Made by a program: the position numbers and the translations under genes
Shown: piece by piece, positions 1 to 10,170 of the stretch
Layout: every line of letters starts with the position of its first letter
Numbering within the stretch: position 1 is the stretch's first letter
Notes under the pieces: model-generated
What the model was told of the DNA's origin: nothing
The model's database searches: none
What the model saw: only the letters and a program-made list of their open reading frames with translations
NCBI GenBank assembly: GCA_043803405.1
Contig: JAZDKB010000019.1
Coordinates: 171,840-235,839, forward strand
From: Spirochaetota bacterium
Lineage (GTDB): Bacteria > Spirochaetota > UBA4802 > JAFGDQ01
Reading direction: 5' to 3'
DNA length: 64,000 nt

Positions 1-709
1 CGAGCTTTTAAATGAACGCGGTGAATTGTATAAATTTAAAAATAATAGCGCCATTCTGGATAAAGATACATATATTAGGAACAAAAAACTCTTTAAATTC
101 GTAATTTCCAAAGCAATGCGGGAAAATTTCGGGGAATTTGTCACAACCGGAATGCTTGAAGAAATATATAAAAAGGCAGTTACTAAGAAAACCAATCTGA
201 GCCTTTACCGCAACCGGAATCTTATCATAAAAAAAACACTGGATGAGAATAAAAAAAAGATTATTGTAATTTCCAGGGATATTGAATATAATATAGATAA
301 CGCAGACTGGGAATATAAAATAGACCTGGACTTTAACGGCGAACAAAGCATATATTTAAAAGAGATAAAAAGAACGCTTTTTTTAAAGCAAGCGGATTAT
401 GGATCTTTTTTAAATGAAAAAGAATCCGGGAATAAGGTTTTTATTGCGCTTAACGGAAATGAAGCAAATATCATTATAAGAAACAGGCGCAAAGGCGATA
501 AGATAAAACTGGAAAACGGGACTAAAAAGATCAAAGAGCTGATGATTGAGTATAAGCTTGATGCAGATGTCAAGCATTCCATCCCTATTGCGGCAATCGG
601 CTCCTGTGTCGCAGCTTTTATGCCCGGTATAATTGATGTACCGCCCAACAGGGTCTCGCCCGATTTTTATGTAAAAAGCGATTCAAAAAAAATACTTGCT
701 ATACAATGA
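1..709 (+). CDS. tilS: tRNA(Ile)-lysidine synthetase, C-terminal part (5' end truncated by window edge)
   Basis: The C-terminal ~50 aa (RNRRKGDKIKLENGTKKIKELMIEYKLDADVKHSIPIAAIG...) match the conserved TilS C-terminal domain pattern (R-x-GD ... KklK ... P...R..P). The tilS->ftsH gene order is classical. The ORF is open to the window start. Confidence 0.6.
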   Translation, partial: ELLNERGELYKFKNNSAILDKDTYIRNKKLFKFVISKAMRENFGEFVTTGMLEEIYKKAVTKKTNLSLYRNRNLIIKKTLDENKKKIIVISRDIEYNIDNADWEYKIDLDFNGEQSIYLKEIKRTLFLKQADYGSFLNEKESGNKVFIALNGNEANIIIRNRRKGDKIKLENGTKKIKELMIEYKLDADVKHSIPIAAIGSCVAAFMPGIIDVPPNRVSPDFYVKSDSKKILAIQ

Positions 710-763
710 GAAAAATATCAACTGTGTTAATATTTCCCAAAATTTTCAGGAGTGAATAATTAA

Positions 764-2677
764 ATGAATAAAAATGTCAAAAATATAGCATTAGCCTTAT
801 TGATTGTCATTTTAATAATGGCAATTTATAAGATGAATGATGTAAATAAACAGAAGGTCGAATCCCTTCAATACAGCGATTTTATCAAAAAGGTTTACGA
901 TAAAAAGATAAAAGGAGTAAGTATTGTAGGCGGGACTAAAATTAAAGGCCAGTATGTAAAAGGGGATAAGGTTTTTGTATTCGAGACAGTTATACCGTAC
1001 AATGACCCCGAATTAATTAAAACTTTAATTGCCAATAATATTGAGATTGAAGGTGAAGAAGCAGACGAGAACTTTTTTGTGAAAGGGCTGTTGAGCTTTG
1101 TGCCGTGGCTTATTTTTCTCGGTTTGATATGGTTTTTGATGATGCGCCAGATTCAGGCTACGGGCACAAAGGCAATGTCGTTCGGTAAGAGCAGGGCCAA
1201 GATGAGCCCGGAGACAAAGAATAAAGTTACCTTTGCCGATGTTGCGGGCGTTGATGAAGCAAAAGAAGAGCTTAAAGAGATTATAGACTTTCTTAAGGAG
1301 CCGAAGAAATTCGTAGGCATAGGAGCAAAAATACCGAAGGGCGTTCTGCTGATGGGCTCTCCGGGTACAGGCAAAACTCTGCTTGCGCGCGCTATTGCAG
1401 GGGAAGCGGATGTGCCGTTTTTCTCCATAAGCGGATCCGACTTTGTCGAGATGTTTGTCGGTGTCGGCGCATCGCGCGTGCGAGATCTTTTTGAGCAGGG
1501 CAAAAAAAGCGCGCCATGCATCATCTTTATTGATGAGATAGACGCTGTGGGAAGATTGCGCGGAGCAGGACTCGGCGGCGGTCATGACGAAAGGGAGCAG
1601 ACGCTTAATCAGCTTCTTGTAGAGATGGACGGATTTGAAACGAATGACGGTGTAATTATTGTCGCTGCAACGAACAGGCCCGACATCCTTGACCCGGCAC
1701 TGCTGAGACCTGGCAGGTTCGACAGACAGGTTGTTGTAGATATTCCGGATGTCAGGGGACGCGAGAAAATACTGGCTGTCCATTCAAAGAAAGTACCGCT
1801 TTCCAGGGAAGTAAATCTTAAAATAATCGCACGCGGAACCCCTGGTTTTACGGGAGCGGATCTGGCTAACCTGGTAAACGAAGCGGCACTTCTTGCCGCA
1901 CGCAGAAACAAAAAGAGAGTTTCCATGCCCGAGATGGAGGACGCAAAGGATAAAGTACTCATGGGACCGGAAAGAAGGTCTGTGCTTATAACCGATGAGG
2001 AAAAAGAAATAATTGCGTTTCACGAATCCGGGCACGCTATACTCGGAAAGCTACTCCGCAGCGAAGATACGATTCATAAGGTTACTATTATTCCAAGAGG
2101 CAGGGCGCTCGGACTCACAATGAATCTCCCGAAAGAAGAAAAGCATCTTCATTCAAAGACTTACTGGATTAACCAGATCATTCAGCTTTACGGCGGGCAT
2201 ATAATCGAAAAGATTCAGTTTAATGATGTCACCACGGGGTCAAGCAATGATCTTGAGAGGGCGACTGACATAGCAAGAAGAATGGTTTGCGAATGGGGCA
2301 TGAGCGAGAACATGGGATCGCTCACATTCGGCAAGAAGAACGAACAGATTTTTTTAGGCAGGGAAATTTCCCAGCATAGGGATTACAGCGAGGCGACAGC
2401 GGAGCTTATTGATAAGGAAGTTAAATCTATACTTAGCGAATGTGAAGGTAAAGCGAGAAGTCTCATTCTGGAAAATAAAGACAAAGTCGAAAAAATCGCA
2501 AGGTATTTAATAGAACGTGAAAGCCTGAACGAGCAGGAAATTAATATGATAATGAATAATGAGGAGCTGCCGGCATTACAGCTTACGGACAAGGCAAGGG
2601 CAGCCAGGATCGAGAAAGATAAAAAGAACGATTCAAAGACAGTTGAAGATAAAAAGTTGCGTCCTGCTGAGTTATAG
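764..2677 (+). CDS. ftsH: ATP-dependent zinc metalloprotease FtsH
   Basis: 637 aa with an N-terminal TM, the AAA+ Walker A GSPGTGKT, the SRH region and the zinc-binding HESGHAI (HEXXH). An SD (aggag) precedes the ATG. Confidence 0.95.
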   Translation: MNKNVKNIALALLIVILIMAIYKMNDVNKQKVESLQYSDFIKKVYDKKIKGVSIVGGTKIKGQYVKGDKVFVFETVIPYNDPELIKTLIANNIEIEGEEADENFFVKGLLSFVPWLIFLGLIWFLMMRQIQATGTKAMSFGKSRAKMSPETKNKVTFADVAGVDEAKEELKEIIDFLKEPKKFVGIGAKIPKGVLLMGSPGTGKTLLARAIAGEADVPFFSISGSDFVEMFVGVGASRVRDLFEQGKKSAPCIIFIDEIDAVGRLRGAGLGGGHDEREQTLNQLLVEMDGFETNDGVIIVAATNRPDILDPALLRPGRFDRQVVVDIPDVRGREKILAVHSKKVPLSREVNLKIIARGTPGFTGADLANLVNEAALLAARRNKKRVSMPEMEDAKDKVLMGPERRSVLITDEEKEIIAFHESGHAILGKLLRSEDTIHKVTIIPRGRALGLTMNLPKEEKHLHSKTYWINQIIQLYGGHIIEKIQFNDVTTGSSNDLERATDIARRMVCEWGMSENMGSLTFGKKNEQIFLGREISQHRDYSEATAELIDKEVKSILSECEGKARSLILENKDKVEKIARYLIERESLNEQEINMIMNNEELPALQLTDKARAARIEKDKKNDSKTVEDKKLRPAEL

Positions 2678-2728
2678 AGTATAATTTCAAGTTGACTTGC
2701 TTTTTGAACTATTAACTACAGCCAAATC

Positions 2729-2843
2729 GATAAAGTGATCTAATTTTAATCAATTTCCAGCCGCTAATGCATACATCCTGTATGAAGCGGCTAGCGGCAA
2801 CTTCCTGTTGCCTTGAAATTGATTAAAATTAGATCACTTTATC
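2729..2843. repeat. Perfect 29-bp inverted repeat (gataaagtgatctaattttaatcaatttc / gaaattgattaaaattagatcactttatc) flanking a 57-bp spacer that itself contains nested palindromes (ccgcta...tagcgg; cataca-tcc-tgtatg)
   Basis: Read directly from the sequence. It lies in the 275-bp gap between ftsH and the next gene. It is a long stable hairpin/cruciform with no obvious U-tract. Confidence 0.7.
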
Positions 2844-2951
2844 AAAGATCTTTACAATTTAGCATTAAGAAGTCAGCTAAATTAGCCAATTTCTTTAAAT
2901 GTTTTACGGCACCTGATCAGTCATAAAAAATAATATTAAGGTATTTCATTT

Positions 2952-4004
2952 ATGAAGTATGACGATATAGATGATTTGCTTATCAATATTGAAGAAAGTC
3001 AGGGACAATTAAAAGCTTCGAAAGAGGAACCGGCAAAGAAAGAATCGCCCAAAAAGCCGGAAAAACCAGCGGAATCCTCTAATATACATGAGACAACCGA
3101 TTTATCATTTCTTGAGAATGTAGATTCAAATGATCCGGCTGAAAAGAATAGGGAATTTGAAGAATCCCTTAAACAGGCTGTTGTCGAAAGCAAGGATGAA
3201 GAGCCGGACAAATCCGCAGAAAAAAAACCGGAAGAAAAACCCCGGCCAATAAAAACCGAAAAACAACCGGCGTTCACCAGTGTCGTGTTTAAAGTAAGAG
3301 GCACCAGGTCATGGAATACCCGCGAGCCGTACGTTATTGAAATAAGTGAAGAAAAGCTGGACTCGGATTATAAAGATTTAACCAGGACATTTTACTTTAT
3401 TAAAGAGCAGGATAGTGAACAGGCCGTTCAGAGTGAAATGAAAAGGGCCCTGTTTAAATTTATCAGGGGTTCAGGGAAAAATATTACTGATGAATATTCC
3501 GCATTTATCGGCAGCAGGCTGTTTTCGCTGGTGGCGGACTGGGGAACCGAATTCGGCTTTCAGAAAGATATGCTGCATCTGTTCGTCTATCATCTTGGCG
3601 TGTTGAGCCTTTATAAAATATTACTGCTGACGTTTCAGTCCGGAAAAACAGGATATTGTTTTAAAGCCTTGACCGGGAATAATGTGGTAAAATACATACC
3701 ACAGGAATTCATCAAAGAATTAATTTTAAAATGGCATAATGAAAATATAAACAGCAATGCCCTCCAATACGATGGAATTATTGAGTACAATGAATTAAAG
3801 CGGGTAGTTTCCAAAAAGTACTCGGCCGAATTCGAAAAGATAAACAGCAGGCTTGACGATCTGATAGCGAAATCAAATTTAAACGTAAGCCCGCCCGACA
3901 GGGAACAGATTTTAAAAAGTAAATGGGATGAGTGGTTCGGTAAAATTAATATTTTAATATATAACCGGTTTCTCGAACGCACAATATTTAAAATGGTTAA
4001 ATAG
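2952..4004 (+). CDS. hypothetical protein with an acidic/K/P-rich low-complexity N-terminus
   Basis: 350-aa ORF with an upstream aagg SD. The first ~110 aa are E/K/P-rich, predicted disordered. No recognisable catalytic motif. Confidence 0.5.
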   Translation: MKYDDIDDLLINIEESQGQLKASKEEPAKKESPKKPEKPAESSNIHETTDLSFLENVDSNDPAEKNREFEESLKQAVVESKDEEPDKSAEKKPEEKPRPIKTEKQPAFTSVVFKVRGTRSWNTREPYVIEISEEKLDSDYKDLTRTFYFIKEQDSEQAVQSEMKRALFKFIRGSGKNITDEYSAFIGSRLFSLVADWGTEFGFQKDMLHLFVYHLGVLSLYKILLLTFQSGKTGYCFKALTGNNVVKYIPQEFIKELILKWHNENINSNALQYDGIIEYNELKRVVSKKYSAEFEKINSRLDDLIAKSNLNVSPPDREQILKSKWDEWFGKINILIYNRFLERTIFKMVK

Positions 4005-4008
4005 CCAT

Positions 4009-6132
4009 TTATGATAAAATCGACAGCACTTTTTTTGTCCTTATGCCTGCCAGCAGCGGTGAAAGCCTGACATCTTTCAGCAAATCGCTTAAATTCTCAA
4101 TTTTTAATACAGCCGCTTCTGCTTCTTTTTTTGCTTCGAGTATCAGGTCAATATCCGTAACAATGTTTGCGAACTCAAAACCTGACGCATAGCCGTGCTG
4201 CCTGCTGCCGGTTATATCACCGGCCCCCCTCAGTTTCAGGTCTTTCTCTGCTATCCGGAACCCGTCTTCTATTGCTGTCAGTGTTTCTATTCTTGTTTTA
4301 GCTTCGGATGAAATATTGTCCGGATACACCAGCGCGCAGAATGACTGATGCCGCCCTCTGCCGACCCGGCCTCTTAGCTGATGCAGCTGCGAAAGTCCGA
4401 ATCGCTCCGCGTGTTCTATTACCATTATATTCGCATTCGGAACATCAACTCCGACCTCTATTACAGTGGTGGAGACAAGTATGTCGATATCCCCTGATTT
4501 AAATTTTTTCATTACGGTGTCTTTTTCACAGGAGGACATTTTCCCGTGAAGCAGTTCAATCCTCCGGTGGCTGAATACTTCCTTGTGCAATTTGTTGTAT
4601 TCCTCGACAGCAGACTTTAGATCAATTTTTTCGGATTCCTGGATGATTGGAAGCACAAAGTAAACCTGCCTTCCCTGTGATATATATTTTTCAACCGAAT
4701 TGTAAACACCCTCTATACCGGATTCCGGAAACGACATGGTTTTAACAGGAAACCTTCCGCCCGGTTTTTCTTTAATATACGATATGTCAAGATCGCCGTA
4801 AAGAGTAAGCGCAAGGGATCTTGGGATCGGAGTGGCAGTCATTACCAGGAGATCGCATAATTGTCCTTTCCCGCGGAGACTAGCTCTCTGGTTGACTCCG
4901 AATTTATGCTGTTCATCAATTATTATAAGGCCGAGTTTGTTAAAGACGACTTTTTCCTGAAATAAGGCATGTGTGCCGATAACTATATGGATTTCTCCTT
5001 TCGATATTTTCTCATATATATTTTTTCTGTCGGCGGCCGAAGTGCTGCCGGTCAGAAGCGCTATATTAATATCACCGGCAATGAAGTTTTTGTATGTTTC
5101 ATAATGCTGATTTGCCAGGATTTCGGTTGGAGCCATATACGCGGCCTGGTCACCGCGCCCGCAGGCAAAAAGAGCTGCTGCTATTGAGACCAGCGTTTTT
5201 CCGCTTCCCACATCGCCCTGCAGCAGCCTGTTCATGGGATACGATTTTTCCAGATCAGCTTTAATTTCGCTGATGCAGGTAAACTGATCTGCTGTTAATT
5301 TAAAAGTTAAATCCGATAAAAGTTTTTTACATAATGAATCATCAATTTGTTTTTTTTCAGTGTGAATCTCTTCGCGATTGTATTTTTTTGAAACAGATAA
5401 ATAATATTGCAGAAAGAACAGCTCATTAAATGACAGCCTTCTTCTCGCTTTTTCCGCTATTTCAATAGATTCCGGAAAGTGGATCGAGAAAATCGCTTCC
5501 TTTAATGAAAGCATGCCAAGTCTTTCAAGGAGTGCCGGATCAAACGGATCGATAATTAATTCAATGTCGGCATCGATGATAGTGCGGACAATCCTTCTGA
5601 AACCTCTTGAATCAAGTCCTATTCTTTTAAGTTTTTCTGTGGATCTGTAAAGCGGTATTATTCTGCCTGTATTAATGGATTTTATCTGGGAGTCTTCATC
5701 AATAAAATCGAAATCCGGATGGACAATCTGTTTCTGTTTATAATATTCCACTGTTCCGGAAAACAATATGTACTCTCCGGGTTTAAAAAGTTTGGAAAAA
5801 TAGTTAAGCGAATTAAAAAAAATGCCTGCGACAGAATCGCTTCCGTCGTCAATGATTACCTGAAGGTATTTTCTTTTTTTGCCTGTTATTATTGTTTCGA
5901 TTATATTCCCGCCAACGGTTACGCTTTCGCCGGCAAAGACATCTTTAATTTGCTTAAAAGAAGATCTGTCGATATATCTTCTCGGACAGTAATACAACAG
6001 ATCTTCAACAGTTTCAATTCCGGCTTCGCATTTTAACGCTTCAGCCTTTTTGGGGCCTATGCCTTTCAGGTACTGTATGCTCTTGTTGAGAAAATGACTG
6101 TTCATATATAGTTGTTTTGTGCATCGAGACAA
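4009..6132 (-). CDS. recG: ATP-dependent DNA helicase RecG
   Basis: 707 aa with Walker A GDVGSGKT, a DEQHKFG (DEAH-like) box, helicase C-terminal motifs (QLRGRVGRG) and an N-terminal wedge domain. Confidence 0.9.
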   Translation of the reverse strand: MSRCTKQLYMNSHFLNKSIQYLKGIGPKKAEALKCEAGIETVEDLLYYCPRRYIDRSSFKQIKDVFAGESVTVGGNIIETIITGKKRKYLQVIIDDGSDSVAGIFFNSLNYFSKLFKPGEYILFSGTVEYYKQKQIVHPDFDFIDEDSQIKSINTGRIIPLYRSTEKLKRIGLDSRGFRRIVRTIIDADIELIIDPFDPALLERLGMLSLKEAIFSIHFPESIEIAEKARRRLSFNELFFLQYYLSVSKKYNREEIHTEKKQIDDSLCKKLLSDLTFKLTADQFTCISEIKADLEKSYPMNRLLQGDVGSGKTLVSIAAALFACGRGDQAAYMAPTEILANQHYETYKNFIAGDINIALLTGSTSAADRKNIYEKISKGEIHIVIGTHALFQEKVVFNKLGLIIIDEQHKFGVNQRASLRGKGQLCDLLVMTATPIPRSLALTLYGDLDISYIKEKPGGRFPVKTMSFPESGIEGVYNSVEKYISQGRQVYFVLPIIQESEKIDLKSAVEEYNKLHKEVFSHRRIELLHGKMSSCEKDTVMKKFKSGDIDILVSTTVIEVGVDVPNANIMVIEHAERFGLSQLHQLRGRVGRGRHQSFCALVYPDNISSEAKTRIETLTAIEDGFRIAEKDLKLRGAGDITGSRQHGYASGFEFANIVTDIDLILEAKKEAEAAVLKIENLSDLLKDVRLSPLLAGIRTKKVLSILS

Positions 6133-6347
6133 TAATTATTAATTTTCTCGCCGCTAATCAGATGATGAGAAAGCTGCTGATTATAATCAGCAGGTTGCTT
6201 GCTTTGTATTAAAAATAAAATACAGTAGGTTAGTCAATTATATTTAAATCTTGATTTTATTTTTTGTTTCTGTTATAATAAGAAATGTGCTAAATTGTTT
6301 TTTGCTGCCTAATTCACCCGTTAATTACTTTTCGGAGATTTGAAAAA

Positions 6348-7430
6348 ATGAAAGGTATTAATACAATTACAGACAGACGCCTGTTCCAGGATATATTGGG
6401 AAAATTCTTTTTTAATAAAAGCTGTTTTTTATATGGTAAAGAAGGCGCGCTGGAAGTTAAATTTAATAGATCTTCCGATGGGCTGATCGTGATAAAGATT
6501 CCTTTTTTTACGGAAGAGCCGACAAACTGTATCGCATTTACAAGACAGGGTGCTAATATAATATTTGTTTATCTGAAGTTATGCGGGAGAAAGGAAGACA
6601 ATATTTATATTTTTAATCCGGCTAAATTCCAGATCGCGGAAGCGGACAGGAAGGATGAAAGAAAGTCTCTTATAAAAAATACAAACAGTAAATCCGTTTT
6701 ATACATAACTAATTTTATTTCGGATAATATTATTAATAAATCGCTTAGCAGCCAGGCAGAAAAGCTGGACCGTATTAAGGAAATTATTGCGTACGATCAT
6801 TTAAATGAATATGAATATCTGAAATTATTTTTTTGCAATGAAGAAATGAATGATGCAAGAATGAAATATTTTAACAATAGCAGAATACCTATATTTATCC
6901 CCAATATACATTCGGAAAATGCAAATGATGAATTACATGAGTATTATAAAAATTACATTTATAATAATGATGAATATTTGAAAATTCACAAGGAAATTGT
7001 TTCTGAAGTTGCAGTGCCGATATTGTTTGATTCAAAAATACCTTATGGTTACATACAAGTGAATAAAACCGGTCCCTTGCCTACATCAACGATTTCAGTT
7101 ATGAAAAGAGTTGCAGCATTAACGGACGATATTACAAAAAAATCTAAATTGTTTTCCGTTTCCAGCGATAAATTACTTGTCTGGGATATTTCGGAAAAAG
7201 GTGTCGGCATAGCATTTAAGAATACAAAATATATTCCTTATTACAGAAGAGACAGCTTTGTATCGCTTGATTTGCTTCTTCCAAGATATAAAAAAGCTTC
7301 AATACTTGCGGACGTAAGGCATCTGGAAATGCTGGAGAATAAATTAATTAAAGTCGGGTTCGAGATAAAAGATATGGACACAGCAAGCAGGGATAATTAT
7401 GAGAAATTTCTCGGCTCAATCAGCGCATAA
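6348..7430 (+). CDS. hypothetical protein (N-terminal NxSxxG motif could indicate a degenerate PilZ-like fold, unverified)
   Basis: 360-aa ORF in a long intergenic context with AT-rich codon usage typical of this genome. No confident domain assignment. Confidence 0.45.
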   Translation: MKGINTITDRRLFQDILGKFFFNKSCFLYGKEGALEVKFNRSSDGLIVIKIPFFTEEPTNCIAFTRQGANIIFVYLKLCGRKEDNIYIFNPAKFQIAEADRKDERKSLIKNTNSKSVLYITNFISDNIINKSLSSQAEKLDRIKEIIAYDHLNEYEYLKLFFCNEEMNDARMKYFNNSRIPIFIPNIHSENANDELHEYYKNYIYNNDEYLKIHKEIVSEVAVPILFDSKIPYGYIQVNKTGPLPTSTISVMKRVAALTDDITKKSKLFSVSSDKLLVWDISEKGVGIAFKNTKYIPYYRRDSFVSLDLLLPRYKKASILADVRHLEMLENKLIKVGFEIKDMDTASRDNYEKFLGSISA

Positions 7431-7730
7431 GCGGAAAAATCCCTTAGCCTGATATACCTGATTGAAACCCGCCCTCGCAGGCCCCCGGTATTTTATTCCT
7501 TCTGATAAATATCTTGATAATTTCAATAGATATAAAAACCATGTCACCGGTAATCATTACCGTCTTTATACGGATGTCACTGCATACACCCAGCGATGCT
7601 TTTGGGGCCGGATGGGAAAGGCAATTCTTCAATATTTTTCCCTTGACTGGATTAGCAGTTGAAATAATTTTTAATTGAATTTATTATGATTTTCTGAATA
7701 AGTTGTTAATATGACTGCCCGGTTATAATA

Positions 7731-8225
7731 ATGAATCAGGAAAAACTGGAAAAATACCTCACTCTTTTCTGCCTGCGCAATGATTTTACCATGGAAGACC
7801 TGACTGCGTCCTACAGGGTACTCGCAAAACTTAACCATCCGGATGTAAGCAAAGATAAAGATTCCGTTAAGCTGATGGCAGGCATTAATGAAGGATATCA
7901 ATTTTTAAAAGATGCTTTGCTGACCGGAGAAGTAATAATTTATTTCAATAATTTAAAAAAGGCGGAACCGGAATCTGAAAGAAGAAGAGTAGAAGATATT
8001 TTTTACGACCAGTACAAGAAAGGCTTTGTTATACTTAAATCCGCTTTTGAGGATTATTACGGAGAGAAAGAGGACAAATTTCTTACGGGGAAAGCTGATA
8101 TTTTAAAAAAGGAATTGTTGCGAGCCAAAATCGAGTTTGCAGTTTTAATTAATGACCTGCCGTATAATCTATGGGTAAATGATGCGATCGATAAAATAAG
8201 CAGTATTAATAAATGGCTGGATTAA
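7731..8225 (+). CDS. J-domain (DnaJ-like) protein
   Basis: N-terminal J domain with an HPD tripeptide (YRVLAKLNHPDVS...) in a 164-aa protein. It lacks the DnaJ Zn-finger and C-terminal domains. Confidence 0.65.
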   Translation: MNQEKLEKYLTLFCLRNDFTMEDLTASYRVLAKLNHPDVSKDKDSVKLMAGINEGYQFLKDALLTGEVIIYFNNLKKAEPESERRRVEDIFYDQYKKGFVILKSAFEDYYGEKEDKFLTGKADILKKELLRAKIEFAVLINDLPYNLWVNDAIDKISSINKWLD

Positions 8226-8233
8226 ATAAGCTT

Positions 8234-8929
8234 TTATTTTTTCGAGGATGCTTCTGCGGGATTTAACTTCTGCCTTTTCTGCGACAGTCTCTTCAAATGA
8301 TCGTCTATAATTTTACCGTAACTTAAATCGCCGCGCGCAATTGAAAACCGCTCCGATTCAATAAATCCCAGGTCCGTTGTTATTTTAATATCGCTTGCGT
8401 CCATCGCATATCTTTTTGCGTTTTCCCAGTATGGTATCGCTTCCTTGTAAAGTTTTTCAGCTATATCGAAACTTTCGTTTATTTCTTTGGCAAACGGCGA
8501 ATTATAAAACTTAATGCTTTGCTTGTCGTATCGTGATGCAATCGACATATAATTTCGCATAATGAGAATATTCAGATGCATGAACATAAGTCTGCGGTAT
8601 TTTAAATATTCCGCTTCGGAGTCGATTTTAACAAGCGCTTCGGACGGATGTCTGAACTTGCAGGCGAGGGCGGTTTTAAGCCTGTCTATATTTTTCCGGA
8701 GTGAATTTTCGTTGTAGTGCTGTTTCATGCCGTACAGCTGATAAAAATCTTCAAGGTAATGCGGTACAGTAAAATAATGAAGCCTGATCTTTGGTATGTA
8801 ATCCGAGAAAGGGACGTATTTATCTTTTTCGTGATTAAAATACTGATACTGATAGTCTTCCGGGTGCAGTCCAGGCTGCAGCAGCATAACAAGACTAAAG
8901 ATAATTACTATTTTTAGCAATGGTTTCAT
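8234..8929 (-). CDS. hypothetical secreted protein (signal peptide)
   Basis: 231 aa with an N-terminal hydrophobic signal (MKPLLKIVIIFSLVMLL). No recognisable domain. Confidence 0.45.
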   Translation of the reverse strand: MKPLLKIVIIFSLVMLLQPGLHPEDYQYQYFNHEKDKYVPFSDYIPKIRLHYFTVPHYLEDFYQLYGMKQHYNENSLRKNIDRLKTALACKFRHPSEALVKIDSEAEYLKYRRLMFMHLNILIMRNYMSIASRYDKQSIKFYNSPFAKEINESFDIAEKLYKEAIPYWENAKRYAMDASDIKITTDLGFIESERFSIARGDLSYGKIIDDHLKRLSQKRQKLNPAEASSKK

Positions 8930-8983
8930 TTATTTGATTATCGGTAATTATTTTTAATTAGTGAAGCAGCAGAGCAGTTAATT

Positions 8984-9898
8984 TTAAATCCCTGCGCTGT
9001 GCCGTTGAGCGGAATATTCCGAAAAGAAGAGGTTCAAATACTCTTTAACTGAAAGCGCGTATTGAAGTTTTATTTTTGTTTCCACTGCCCATGTAGAATG
9101 CGGGAATATCTTAAGTACGTTTTTAAAATTTATCTCTGCTTTCAGAAGCAGGTCGTCCGCTATGTCTTTTTTGAAGAATCCTCTGTTGTGCCTGTCATAG
9201 AATATTTCCTTTTCGCACGGGTGAAGCATGTCGTCGCCTCTCTTGAAGAGCCTGTACGCTTCCACTTCTATGGAATCGCTGTAAGAATCGATTACATTAA
9301 CGCATTCCGACGCCATATAAAAATAATATATCATTGCGCTGAAGACTTCAAAATGTTTGAGAAAATCGATATCTTTTGTTTTATTATTCAAGCTCATTAT
9401 GGAGTGATAGTGTTTTTTTAAATTCGAAGTGATGTTGACGAATATGTTTTTGTTTGCCGCGTTGTTTCTTCTGGCAATATTGTATATTCCGTACTGGAAA
9501 TATCTGTAAAGATCGTTTTTTGCCGATTCCCTTATTTTAACAAATTCTTTTGTCAGGATATCGTGATGAAGCGCTTCATTTGCTTCTTTGTCCGGATCGT
9601 AATAGCTCTTTTTTAATTTTGGTTTTTTAACAGGTTTTTCTGCATATACATTCTGCTGTGTGCCCGAAGGTTTTACATCTTCTTTTCCTGGTTCTTTCTT
9701 CTCTTCCTGGAAACGCAGCTGCATAAGCGTTGTGTATGCCATGTTAAGAGCAGACATAGCATTGTTCGCCCATTCGATCCTGTCAGGATTTTTGTCGGGA
9801 TGAAACTTGTGCGCAAGCATCTTGAACGATTTTTTAATCTCGTCATCAGTGGCGCTTACCGGCAATCCCATAATTCTGTAGCAGTCTGATAAATTCAT
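8984..9898 (-). CDS. J-domain (DnaJ-like) protein
   Basis: N-terminal J domain (YRIMGLPVSATDDEIKKSFKMLAHKFHPDKNPD) followed by a non-DnaJ C-terminal region. 304 aa. Confidence 0.7.
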   Translation of the reverse strand: MNLSDCYRIMGLPVSATDDEIKKSFKMLAHKFHPDKNPDRIEWANNAMSALNMAYTTLMQLRFQEEKKEPGKEDVKPSGTQQNVYAEKPVKKPKLKKSYYDPDKEANEALHHDILTKEFVKIRESAKNDLYRYFQYGIYNIARRNNAANKNIFVNITSNLKKHYHSIMSLNNKTKDIDFLKHFEVFSAMIYYFYMASECVNVIDSYSDSIEVEAYRLFKRGDDMLHPCEKEIFYDRHNRGFFKKDIADDLLLKAEINFKNVLKIFPHSTWAVETKIKLQYALSVKEYLNLFFSEYSAQRHSAGI

Positions 9899-10107
9899 TT
9901 GAGCACAATTCTTTATTATTATAACAAATATGCAATAATACTATTTGGTTATGGAATATGTCAAATTAGATTTTGTTATCGGGAGCATGGAAAAGATAAA
10001 TTATAGATATACATCGATTACAAGTCATCTCAAAATATAATTTTATAAAAAAAGCTGACTTAAAATTTCAATACATTACAAATCTTAATTTTGAATTTTT
10101 AACTTTC

Positions 10108-10136
10108 TTGACGCTCCGGGCAATATTGAAGATAAT
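10108..10136 (+). promoter_or_regulatory. candidate sigma70-type promoter for serS (TTGACG-17-GATAAT)
   Basis: Hexamers read in the sequence about 40 bp upstream of the serS SD. The region is AT-rich, so specificity is low. Confidence 0.3.
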
Positions 10137-10170
10137 GTTCACATATATGTTTTAATTTCGAGGTAATAGA

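Noticed and set aside
1025-1962. Antisense ORFs (252, 123, 117 aa) inside ftsH
   Set aside because: They lie entirely within the high-confidence ftsH coding region on the opposite strand. Their translations are low-complexity Ser/Ala/Arg-rich, typical of the reverse frame of GC-richer conserved genes.
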